A stretch of DNA of 64,000 nt from an uncultured Spirochaetota bacterium (GTDB lineage Bacteria > Spirochaetota > B62-G9 > DRHN01), in NCBI GenBank assembly GCA_964460545.1, contig CAYWUT010000003.1, forward strand, positions 1,271 to 65,270, read 5' to 3'. A program made the translations under genes and the position numbers. Below are positions 28,232 through 37,133 of this stretch, piece by piece. The first letter of the stretch is position 1; every line of letters begins with the position of its first letter. The notes below the pieces were generated by a model. That model did not search any database and had not been told where the DNA came from. It saw nothing but the letters and a program-made list of their open reading frames with translations.

Positions 28232-29887
28232 TTACCGGCCGGGCCGTGTGAAGACAGGACGGTCCACCGTCTTTTCAAACCTGTGCTCGAGGTCGGATTG
28301 CAGACGTGCGAGTGTCTTCCGGGTTTTTGCCAGTATGCGTTCCGCGTCCTGAAGTATATCATCCGTATACTCCCGGTCGGTGATCCCGCCGATGTTCAGG
28401 AGAATGTTGTAGAGCGCCCCGTTGACGGCGGTGCGCAGCAGATGTACGGCGACCGCCATCTCGGATACTGTGTTCGGATTCCCGATCCGGCAGGCCTGTT
28501 CCAGTTTCCCGCAGAGCGAGTCTGTGAGCTGCATCATGCGGTACGGCGTTTCGATCGCCTGCTTCGTCGCCTCTTCAATACCATCTTTCGCCCGCACGGC
28601 GGCCATCACCCTGTTGAAGGCCTCCGCATCCTCATCGATGAGCCGCAGGAACCGTTCCATGTGGCTCTTTGCAGTGGAGACGATCCCAGACGCTTCAGGT
28701 TCTACCTCGCTGTACTTCTTTTTTCCAGCGGTGAGCGACCCTACCATGGAGACGAGCGAGGCGGCGATAGCCCCGGCGGCTGCGGAGGCCGAACCGCCGC
28801 CCGGTGCCGGCGTATCGGACGCGAGTTCGCCGACGAATGCGTCGAACCCCATGCCGGCAAGAGTCGGTTTCCGGCCTGTCCTGTACTCGACGATCTTGGC
28901 AGTCGGATCGAACGGTCCGAGGTCATCGAGGCCGAGCGATTCAACCGCGGTATCTATCGCGCGTTTCTCCGGCGGAGACGATATACCCTGTGCGGAAAGG
29001 TAGTGCGCTCCGGATTCGACGATCGCCTCTTTCGGGACGAGCCCCACTATCTCGGAACCGGTGACGTCGGACCCTCTCTTTTTCGCCTCTACGCGTACCG
29101 CGTCGAAGACATGATGGAGGCCGGTTACACGGTAGTTAGTGAGGTTGATCGATACCTGTGCCCGTTTATAGTCGTCGACGTACCATCCGATCGCCTTGCA
29201 CTCGGGGAACATACCCGCTGTTTTTATTTTTCTCCCGTTCTTTTCTGTGACGGTGCCGCCCTTTGTACGGATTGTCTTCGCAATCGTATCCGCGAGGTCT
29301 TTGTCGCGGGAGTCGAGATTGACGTTATACGCAATGAGAAACTCTCTCGCGCCGATTACTGAAGCGCCGCTCTTTTTTACCCGGTCGTCGAACGACGCGG
29401 GTCCGAAATCGGGACGCCACGCGGCGTCCTGCAGCTTTCGTTCGAGCCCCTCATACTCGCCTGACCTGACGTACGAGAGCTCGGCGCGTTCCGGCGTGCT
29501 CGCCGCAGCGCCGTAGAGGTATACCGGGATACCGAGCTCCTCGCCTACCCGTTTTCCGAGCGCGCGGGCGATCTGCACGCAATCCTCCATGCTGGCATTT
29601 GCAACAGGTATGAACGGGCAGACGTCGCACGCCCCCATCCTCGGATGAGCACCCCGGTGGGTGGACATGTCGATGAAGGCCGTACCTGTCCGTATCGCCC
29701 GGAGAGAGGCCTCGAGCACCGCCTCCGGCGGCCCGACAAAGGTGAACACGGTCCTGTTTGTATCCATGCCCTGGTCGACGTCGAGCAGGGTGACGTTCGA
29801 CGTGGAACGAATCGCGTACGATATCATGTCGATTGTAAAGTTATCCCGGCCTTCGGAGAAGTTCGGGACGCATTCGATAATGCTCAT
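28232..29887 (-). CDS. ftcD: Bifunctional glutamate formiminotransferase / formimino-THF cyclodeaminase
   Basis: The formiminotransferase N-terminus (MSIIECVPNFSEGRD) plus a ~200-aa C-terminal cyclodeaminase-like helical domain. Total 551 aa. Confidence 0.85.
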   Translation of the reverse strand: MSIIECVPNFSEGRDNFTIDMISYAIRSTSNVTLLDVDQGMDTNRTVFTFVGPPEAVLEASLRAIRTGTAFIDMSTHRGAHPRMGACDVCPFIPVANASMEDCVQIARALGKRVGEELGIPVYLYGAAASTPERAELSYVRSGEYEGLERKLQDAAWRPDFGPASFDDRVKKSGASVIGAREFLIAYNVNLDSRDKDLADTIAKTIRTKGGTVTEKNGRKIKTAGMFPECKAIGWYVDDYKRAQVSINLTNYRVTGLHHVFDAVRVEAKKRGSDVTGSEIVGLVPKEAIVESGAHYLSAQGISSPPEKRAIDTAVESLGLDDLGPFDPTAKIVEYRTGRKPTLAGMGFDAFVGELASDTPAPGGGSASAAAGAIAASLVSMVGSLTAGKKKYSEVEPEASGIVSTAKSHMERFLRLIDEDAEAFNRVMAAVRAKDGIEEATKQAIETPYRMMQLTDSLCGKLEQACRIGNPNTVSEMAVAVHLLRTAVNGALYNILLNIGGITDREYTDDILQDAERILAKTRKTLARLQSDLEHRFEKTVDRPVFTRPGR

Positions 29888-30015
29888 GGCTGCTTCCCCT
29901 GTCTGATGTACCCATGAACGGGCGTGTCATGGTTATGGTATGGGACGCCGTAACGGGTCTGCCCTCCGTCATTTTTTACATTTTAACGGGGGATGAGCTG
30001 GCCCGCATTTTATAT

Positions 30016-30693
30016 TTAACGCCGTACCGTTATATCGCAGAAAACACTCGAACCGTCCACCTCGATGATTTCGAATTCGAGGCCGAGACTTTCGGCGAGT
30101 GAGGAAAACTCCTCCGGAGTCTGGGTGGTCACCTCGAACCCGTCCTCGCACACGATCACCCCGTTTTTCGTTTTTTCTTCGTCTATCCGGCCGAGGAGAT
30201 TCTCTTCCGCCTGCAGGTAGAACCATTCGAGACGCTCTTCCCAGAAATTATACGAGTAGCTCGAGAACAGCACACGGCCGCCGTTTCGAGTAACACGGAC
30301 GGCCTCGCGCATGAGCGTTTCCTTGTCTTCATGAAACGCGCATATGCCGTTCTGGATACAGATCACTGTGTCGAAGAGCCCGTCGGGAAAGGCGGGTTGA
30401 GAGGCGTTCATCTGTAACAGACGTGTGTTCCGGAATTCTTTCAGGAACTTCCGGCCGTACTCGATGTTCTGCGGCGCCGTGTCCACCCCGACGACGAATC
30501 CCGCCTTGCCGCACAGAGGCTTCATCGCCCTGCCGTACCCGCACCCGAGCTCCAGCACGAGGTCCTGTTCCGAGATTTTATCGACCACGTACGCGATTTC
30601 CTCTTGAAGATACCGTATGACGGCCGGAGTCGCGATCTCGTAGCAGCGTTCGAGCCTCTCGGCGGCCAGCTTCTTTGTGTAGTATCCTTGCAT
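30016..30693 (-). CDS. Class I SAM-dependent methyltransferase
   Basis: Motif I (VLELGCGYGR) and the following Rossmann elements. Confidence 0.75.
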   Translation of the reverse strand: MQGYYTKKLAAERLERCYEIATPAVIRYLQEEIAYVVDKISEQDLVLELGCGYGRAMKPLCGKAGFVVGVDTAPQNIEYGRKFLKEFRNTRLLQMNASQPAFPDGLFDTVICIQNGICAFHEDKETLMREAVRVTRNGGRVLFSSYSYNFWEERLEWFYLQAEENLLGRIDEEKTKNGVIVCEDGFEVTTQTPEEFSSLAESLGLEFEIIEVDGSSVFCDITVRR

Positions 30694-30990
30694 GGGCGTT
30701 CTCCCTCATTGTATCCTGGCTTCTTCAGGCGGTGTATACCCCCGCATCACGTTCCGTGACCGGTGCCGCGTCGCTTTTGCAGGATTGTGCATAATATATA
30801 AAAAATATAATAATATTTAACAGAATATTCTTTCATTTTAACAAAATCAGTATTATAAATACAAGATTACAAGGATTAATTGTGTTTTCCAATAAATTCA
30901 ATAAAAATAAGGAGACATGAAGCATCGTGAGAGGGAGGGCCGGAACGGACCTCATGCAGTACGAGTAAAAAATAAAAACGGAGGATATGT

Positions 30991-32481
30991 ATGAGTAAAT
31001 CGATCTTCATTATCGTTGCCGCCGTCTACTCGGTGATCATGCTGGCGATCGGCGTATATTTCTCGAGAAGGCAGAAATCGTCTCTTACCTATTTCCTCGG
31101 CGGACGGAACATCCCGGCGTGGATAATCGCCTTAACCTTCACGGCGTCATGGTTTGGCCCCACTGCGGCGGTGGTGGCGACTGGAAGGGCATTCCACGGA
31201 GGAATAAGCGCGATCTGGCTGATCGCCGGTCCCACGTGGATGGCGATCGCGATCATTACCGCGCTCTTCTCGAAAAAGATGAGAACGGTCTCGGCAAGCA
31301 GCAATATCTATACGCTGGCGGACGTGTTCCGGCTCCGGTATGGTAAGTTCTCGGCGTTTCTGATGTTTCTCTGCGTGCTTGGATACCTCTGGGGACTCAC
31401 GGCTGCCTGTTTTCTCGGTATGGCCAAGGCGCTGCACTCCCTGGTCGGTATGAACTTCATGCTGGGCCTCGTCATCGCCGCGGTTGTTGCGATCATCTAT
31501 ACGACTCTCGGCGGGTACGAGTCGGTGATCTTTACCGACGTCATCCAGGCGGTGCTGCTCGGTGCCGGTATGATCGCCTTCGCGGCCATATCGCTCAGCC
31601 GCGCCGGCGGGTGGGTGAACATCAAGGAGGTTGCCATTGCAAAGGAGGGGTACCTCAACGTGTTCCATGATTTCGGTAACTACCTCCCGATAATCATCGC
31701 TTTCGGCCTCGGGTGGGTCGCCTCGCAGGAGATTTTCCAGCGGTTCGCCTCGGCCAAGGATGAGAAGCACGCGGCACGCGGCGGCTGGTGGGCGCTGGTA
31801 ATCAACGTACCGCTGTTTATCGTACCGGTACTGGCAGGCATCGGCGCTGCGGTATGGCTTCCCGGACTCATCGAGAAGGCGGGAGTGGCGGTACCCGAGG
31901 CGGAAAAGATCACTTTCTGGGCCTCGACGAACGTGCTCGGGGGCTTCGGCGTATTCCTGTTCGTCGCGATACTCGCGGCCATCATGTCCTCCGCGGACAC
32001 GTTCATCAACGCCGCGGGAATGACTGTATCCAAGGACATATTTGGGCAGTACTTACACAAGGGGGGCGATATCCCGGAAAAACGAATGCTCACCATAAGC
32101 CGGCTCAGCACGCTGATAGTCTGCGTACTTGCGCTGTTAGTGTCGCTTGCGTTTACGTCGATACTCGATGCGCTCTTCCTCGGTGCCGACATACTCGTAT
32201 GCGGGATGCTCGTGCCGCTCATCGGCGCGTTCTGGTGGAAGCGCGCGACGAAGGTCGGAGCAACGCTCTCGACGCTCGTGGGATTCGCCTTCGTGATCAT
32301 CGACTTCATACTCCACAAGGCGGGAGTCAATGTCCCGTATCCCGGGTACCCGAAGTCGCTGTACGTGGGGTTCGCACTGAGTATCATTCTTTTCATCGTG
32401 GGGAGCCTGCTCAGCCAGCCCGAGGAGGAGTCAAAGATAGCGCCGTTTTTTCCCAATGCTTCAAAAGAGAAGGCGGCATGA
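30991..32481 (+). CDS. Sodium:solute symporter (SSS) family transporter
   Basis: A 496-aa product with 13 predicted TM helices and an N-terminal FLGGRN motif typical of SSS/PutP/PanF carriers. Confidence 0.85.
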   Translation: MSKSIFIIVAAVYSVIMLAIGVYFSRRQKSSLTYFLGGRNIPAWIIALTFTASWFGPTAAVVATGRAFHGGISAIWLIAGPTWMAIAIITALFSKKMRTVSASSNIYTLADVFRLRYGKFSAFLMFLCVLGYLWGLTAACFLGMAKALHSLVGMNFMLGLVIAAVVAIIYTTLGGYESVIFTDVIQAVLLGAGMIAFAAISLSRAGGWVNIKEVAIAKEGYLNVFHDFGNYLPIIIAFGLGWVASQEIFQRFASAKDEKHAARGGWWALVINVPLFIVPVLAGIGAAVWLPGLIEKAGVAVPEAEKITFWASTNVLGGFGVFLFVAILAAIMSSADTFINAAGMTVSKDIFGQYLHKGGDIPEKRMLTISRLSTLIVCVLALLVSLAFTSILDALFLGADILVCGMLVPLIGAFWWKRATKVGATLSTLVGFAFVIIDFILHKAGVNVPYPGYPKSLYVGFALSIILFIVGSLLSQPEEESKIAPFFPNASKEKAA

Positions 32482-32523
32482 GACTGTGTATTCAGATAGT
32501 CATGCCTGTTAAGGGTTGAATGT

Positions 32524-32913
32524 ATGGCGGAAAAAACACCTGATTTTATCGGTAATTACCCTGACCCTCCCGGCGAAAAGTCGGTGAGGGTCATACCGAA
32601 GGACAAGAGGATTCCCTTTGTTCACGGGGAGGCGCATAAGATACTCGTCGATTACATGGTCTCAACAGACCGGATGCATGGCGGTATTTTCGAGATAGGT
32701 CCTCACTCGCGAGGTGAGGAAACGCCGCCTCACAAGGGGGACGAGTTTTACTATGTGCTGCAGGGTGAAGGGCTGCTCTGCGTGGAGAACGAGAGGTACT
32801 ACCGGATTCGCGAGGAGGAGGCGGGATACCTTCCCGCAGGGTACATGCACTACTGGCTCAACCTCTCCGATACGACACTGAGAGTGCTTTTCGTAATTGC
32901 CCCGGACCTTTGA
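32524..32913 (+). CDS. Cupin-domain protein
   Basis: A 129-aa product with conserved cupin beta-strand motifs (GEAHKILVDYM...; EFYYVLQGEG). Confidence 0.65.
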   Translation: MAEKTPDFIGNYPDPPGEKSVRVIPKDKRIPFVHGEAHKILVDYMVSTDRMHGGIFEIGPHSRGEETPPHKGDEFYYVLQGEGLLCVENERYYRIREEEAGYLPAGYMHYWLNLSDTTLRVLFVIAPDL

Positions 32914-33240
32914 AGTACAGGTATCCTTTCGGGCCCCTGCACTTTTGCAGTAACCTCCTTTATTGTGTCTGGTATTGGCCTGAGAGGTGGAAGCGATTTT
33001 TCGTTTCCCCTCGCTTATTAAACGACCGCAATAAAGTGAAGCCGGCACGTCCGGTATGCCCGGTAGGCGCTTCTTCAGAAGGTATACCGGCAAAACCTGA
33101 GCTCTGGAAACATTTGCAGCCCAATAACGGGGAGACTGGATACGATACGCTCCGCAACAGAGAGACTAGTCGAATTTATTCTGAGTACCGGTTATGAAGA
33201 TATCCCGGGGCCTGTCGTTCGGACGGCGAAGTACGCGGTA

Positions 33241-34527
33241 ATGGATATAATCGGCCAGGCATGCGCGGCCACCGGTACGGCGGCGGGTCGGATGCTCCTC
33301 GGCTGTATACCCGATACCGGAAAGGCGCCATGCAGTATCTTCGGAACCGGGCGGCGCGCATCGCTCATGGAGGCCTGCTGGTTGAATGCCTCCCTCGCCC
33401 AGGTCCTCGATTACGACGATACCTACGAGATCGCCTCACTTGGTGTTTCCCATCCCGGACCTGCGGTCGTTCCCTCGGCGCTTGCGGTATGCGAAAGCGA
33501 GGGGTGTGATGGAAAAGCGCTCATCCGTGCGGTCGTTCTCGGGTATGAAGCGGCATGCAGGACGGCTGATGCGATAGAACCGAGAGAGTACGAGTTCTGG
33601 GGATTCGCAAATACGCAGATCATGGGCGCGGTCACCGCGTCCTCCATACTGCTCGGAGTCGACGTCGACCGTTTCGTGAACGCAATCGGCATCGCGGCAT
33701 CCTCTTCTCCGGTACCGAATACGAACATGATGTGGTCTCTGACTAAGAGGCCCATGTCGTGGGTGAAGGACGCGGTGGGGTGTGCGGCCTCCTCCGGCGT
33801 CATGAGCGCGCTCATGGCGAGCCGGGGATTTATCGGAACACGCAACGGGCTCGATGAGCAGGACGGCTACTACCTGCTGTGCGGAAGCAGGGCCTATGAC
33901 GAAAAAAAACTCGTCGAAGCACTGGGAAAACGGTACAGGCTGTCGAACCTCAGCTTCAAGCCGTATCCCACCTGCAGGTTCATGCAGTCAACCCTCGATT
34001 CGGTATCGATCCTCATGGAGAAACACGGCCTCGGTGAGGAACAGATAGAGGAGGTCGTGGTGTTCGTGACACCGTTCCTCGCGGAAGCATTCAGTGTATA
34101 CGAGCCCGCTTCCATGATCGACGCGCAGTTTTCCATGCCGTATGCGATCTCCAGGATAATCTGTAGGGACGACCCCTCGCCCGCATGGTACGGCGAGGGA
34201 TGCATGAACGACCCGCAGACGCGGGCCGCGATGAAGAAGGTCAGGCTCGTGCCCGACGAGGAGGTGGAGCGAAAGCGGGCGGAACAAAGCATACTGAGCC
34301 CTAAAGTCCGTATCAGGACGAAGAACGGCGATGAGTTCGAGAGGCAGGAGTACTGTGCAAAAGGCCATCCGGACAAGCCGTTTGCACCGGAGGACTTCAC
34401 CGGGAAATTCACCCGCTGTCTCGAAGCTGTAGAAATGGGCGACCGGGCAGGTCGCGCAATAACGATGATAGAAAATCTCGAGGAATACGGGGACATACGG
34501 GAGCTCCTCGCTCTTTTCATTCCATAA
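33241..34527 (+). CDS. MmgE/PrpD family protein (paralog 1); the N-terminus probably extends upstream with a non-ATG start
   Basis: PrpD-family N-terminal helix and downstream regions. The same frame continues upstream without stops to 33067 and encodes the conserved start of the family (TERLVEFILSTGYEDIP). Confidence 0.8.
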   Translation: MDIIGQACAATGTAAGRMLLGCIPDTGKAPCSIFGTGRRASLMEACWLNASLAQVLDYDDTYEIASLGVSHPGPAVVPSALAVCESEGCDGKALIRAVVLGYEAACRTADAIEPREYEFWGFANTQIMGAVTASSILLGVDVDRFVNAIGIAASSSPVPNTNMMWSLTKRPMSWVKDAVGCAASSGVMSALMASRGFIGTRNGLDEQDGYYLLCGSRAYDEKKLVEALGKRYRLSNLSFKPYPTCRFMQSTLDSVSILMEKHGLGEEQIEEVVVFVTPFLAEAFSVYEPASMIDAQFSMPYAISRIICRDDPSPAWYGEGCMNDPQTRAAMKKVRLVPDEEVERKRAEQSILSPKVRIRTKNGDEFERQEYCAKGHPDKPFAPEDFTGKFTRCLEAVEMGDRAGRAITMIENLEEYGDIRELLALFIP

Positions 34528-34550
34528 TACATCACAGGGGGAGAGGGTAC

Positions 34551-35945
34551 ATGACGAACATTACGAAACGGTATGTGAAGCAGGTAATCGATATGAAGAT
34601 CGAAGACCTTGGCGACAAGGTCATATCGGAGACGAGACGTGCGCTGCTCGACACGCTCGGGTGCATGGTCGCGGGGGTGAGGTCTCCTATAGGAATGAGT
34701 GCGCTGCAGTCCCTGGGGGAATCAGGCGGAGCGCAGGAGGCCACCGTGATCGGCGATGGAAGAAGGATGTCCGCGCCGATAGCCGCCTACATCAACGGGC
34801 AGTGCTGCGTGGGTCCGGACCTGAGCGACAATTACAAAAAGGAAAGCATCATCATATCACACCCCGGCGAAGGGGTCATACCGCCGGTGCTCGCTCTTGC
34901 GGAAAAGACCGACGCCACGGTGGAGGATCTCATTCTCGCCACCGTCGCCGGCTACGAGACCGCCGGACGGTACGCGCACGCCATAGAGCCGAGGAGGCCC
35001 GAAGTCTACAGCTTCTCCACGCATTACGGCGTGGCGGGCGGTATTGCGTGCGCCAAGCTTCTCGGGCTCGGCGAGGATGAGTCGGCGAACCTTCTCGGCA
35101 TCGCGGGAACGCTTTCGCCGCTTCCCGTAACCATGCCGATGTGGGGCTTCCGCGAGAACGATCGGCCGGCGTCGTGGCACAGGGACATGCCGGGTCACGC
35201 GGGATTCGCGTCGGTGACGGCCGCGCTCTTTTCCGGCACGGACTTCAGGGCGACGAACAGCCTGCTGGACGAGCATATCGAATTCTACAAGATCGCGGGA
35301 TCGGACAACTACAATCCCGAGCTTCTCTTCGAGGGCTGGGGTGAACATTTCGTGGTCGAGAAGCTGTCCTACAAATCGATACCGAGCTGCTACTTCAACC
35401 AGCCCTGTATCGAGGCGGTCCGGCTGTGCTTCGAGGAGAACGGTATATCGCTCGATGATGCAGAAAAGATCGACCTGTACGCGCCCACGCAGCTCGCAAA
35501 GAACTTCAAGTATTACCCGCCGCGTACGCCCGTGGATACCGCGTCGAGTGTCAGGTACCTTACCGCGATGTACCTGCTCACCGGAAAGCCCGGGACCGAC
35601 TGGTATCTCGAGTACGAGCGTTACCTCAAAAAAGAGGAGTATAAAAAGATCGCCGGCATGATAGACGTGTACGAGGACGAGGAACTGCAGAAGATACTTC
35701 AGGAGGAAGAGGTCATTTTCGGAAAGGCGGTGGTGAAAGCCGGGGGGAAAACGTACGAAAAGCGGGTCGATGCGGTACGCGGCGCGGACAAGAACCCCTT
35801 CACCGTAAAAGAGATCGAGGACAAGTTCCTTACGCTCTCAGGTCCGGTAATCGGAGAAGACAGGGCAAAGGCGGCCCTCCGCGCCGTGCGCGATTCCGAC
35901 CTCAAAAGCGGGGTGCGGGAAATCGTATCACTGCTCTGCCCGTAA
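34551..35945 (+). CDS. MmgE/PrpD family protein (paralog 2)
   Basis: A 464-aa product whose N-terminus (MTNITKRYVKQVIDMKIEDLGDKVISETRRALLDTLGC) aligns residue-for-residue with paralog 1. Confidence 0.85.
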   Translation: MTNITKRYVKQVIDMKIEDLGDKVISETRRALLDTLGCMVAGVRSPIGMSALQSLGESGGAQEATVIGDGRRMSAPIAAYINGQCCVGPDLSDNYKKESIIISHPGEGVIPPVLALAEKTDATVEDLILATVAGYETAGRYAHAIEPRRPEVYSFSTHYGVAGGIACAKLLGLGEDESANLLGIAGTLSPLPVTMPMWGFRENDRPASWHRDMPGHAGFASVTAALFSGTDFRATNSLLDEHIEFYKIAGSDNYNPELLFEGWGEHFVVEKLSYKSIPSCYFNQPCIEAVRLCFEENGISLDDAEKIDLYAPTQLAKNFKYYPPRTPVDTASSVRYLTAMYLLTGKPGTDWYLEYERYLKKEEYKKIAGMIDVYEDEELQKILQEEEVIFGKAVVKAGGKTYEKRVDAVRGADKNPFTVKEIEDKFLTLSGPVIGEDRAKAALRAVRDSDLKSGVREIVSLLCP

Positions 35946-35959
35946 GGGGTGCGTGAGTT

Positions 35960-36973
35960 ATGAACTCCTACGAACGTTTCAGGTGCGTAATGGAAGGTAC
36001 GCTCCCGGACAGAGTCCCGTGCATACCGATGATACGTGAATGGGCCGTGGTGCAGGAAGGGTACGGACTCTTCGATGTGATGGACGATCCGGAGCGGTAC
36101 ACGGCCTGCCAGCATGAATGCTCCAATACCGTCGGGTACGATTCCGTGTCCGATCTCAACGCGATAAACGCCGAAGCCGAGGCCATGGGCTGCGTGCTGA
36201 AAGAGGGAGACATCAGCGTCAGGACCCCGGCGATAGAGGACTACGGCTCGGATCTCGATAGGATAGTGGGTGTGGACCCCTCGAAAGACGGAAGGCTGCC
36301 GGTCATTCTAGAGGGGGTTAGGATTCTGCGGCGTCGCTGCTGGAAAGAGAAGGTGATCTTCTGTTATGTACAGGCGCCTTTCAGGGCGGCGGCCATGCTC
36401 AGGGGAGTGGAGCGGTTTCTCAAGGACTGCCTGAAGACCCCGGAATCCGTCAGGGACCTGCTCGTGAAGGTGACCGAGAACCAGATACGCTTCGGGACTG
36501 CGCTTGCGGAAGCCGGGGCCGACCTGATCGAGGTTTCGGATCCCATGTCGTCAGGCGATATCGTGACGCGCAAACAGTACGAAAAACTGGGATTTTCATT
36601 TTCGAAGCGGCTGATAGCAAGCCTGAAAAAAACGGGTGTCCGTATCGTACACCACGCGTGCGGCGATACCACCGACCGTCTCGACATGTTCGATGCACTC
36701 GGCGCAGACATGCTGAGCCTGGACCAGGTGGTGGACCTGGGCGAGGCCAGAAGCATCCTGGGAGAACGGAGCGTTCTTTTCGGAAATATCGACCCATTGC
36801 TCCTCAGGGAAGGCACCCCTTCCGAGGTCGGGGACGCCGCGCGTCGCTGTATCGAAAAGGGTGGAAAAAACGGCGCGTTTGTCCTGAGCTCGGGCTGCCT
36901 GATCGCGGCGGACACTCCGCTTATGAACATGCAGGCCATGGTTGATGCGGCCTGTGAGCATCGCTACGGATGA
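35960..36973 (+). CDS. Uroporphyrinogen-decarboxylase (URO-D) family protein, HemE/MtaA-like
   Basis: A 337-aa product with the URO-D fold pattern (DRVPCIPM...; C-terminal GG.NGAFVLSSGC). Confidence 0.75.
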   Translation: MNSYERFRCVMEGTLPDRVPCIPMIREWAVVQEGYGLFDVMDDPERYTACQHECSNTVGYDSVSDLNAINAEAEAMGCVLKEGDISVRTPAIEDYGSDLDRIVGVDPSKDGRLPVILEGVRILRRRCWKEKVIFCYVQAPFRAAAMLRGVERFLKDCLKTPESVRDLLVKVTENQIRFGTALAEAGADLIEVSDPMSSGDIVTRKQYEKLGFSFSKRLIASLKKTGVRIVHHACGDTTDRLDMFDALGADMLSLDQVVDLGEARSILGERSVLFGNIDPLLLREGTPSEVGDAARRCIEKGGKNGAFVLSSGCLIAADTPLMNMQAMVDAACEHRYG

Positions 36974-37133
36974 TGAAGCCGGCCCGGATCGTATCACGCA
37001 TGAAGCGGTTCGTATTTCTGCCTGGAGGCCTGCAGGCCCAAAGATAAAAGGGGGCCTTCCGACCGCGGGCGTCCCGCCCGCACGGCATATTAAGACGACG
37101 AATAAGATTGAAAAACGAATGAGGAGGTTTTCC

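Noticed and set aside
32960-33060. Nested CCGG-containing inverted repeats (CCGGTAT...ATACCGG) between the cupin and PrpD genes, considered as a riboswitch or attenuator
   Set aside because: The stems are short with a 26-nt loop. I see no match to known riboswitch consensus elements. It could still be a regulatory hairpin, but there is no support beyond the repeat.
33103-33117. TGGAAACATTTGCA upstream of PrpD paralog 1 resembling a sigma-54 promoter
   Set aside because: The GG-to-GC spacing is two nt shorter than the -24/-12 consensus, and the -24 box is a poor match.
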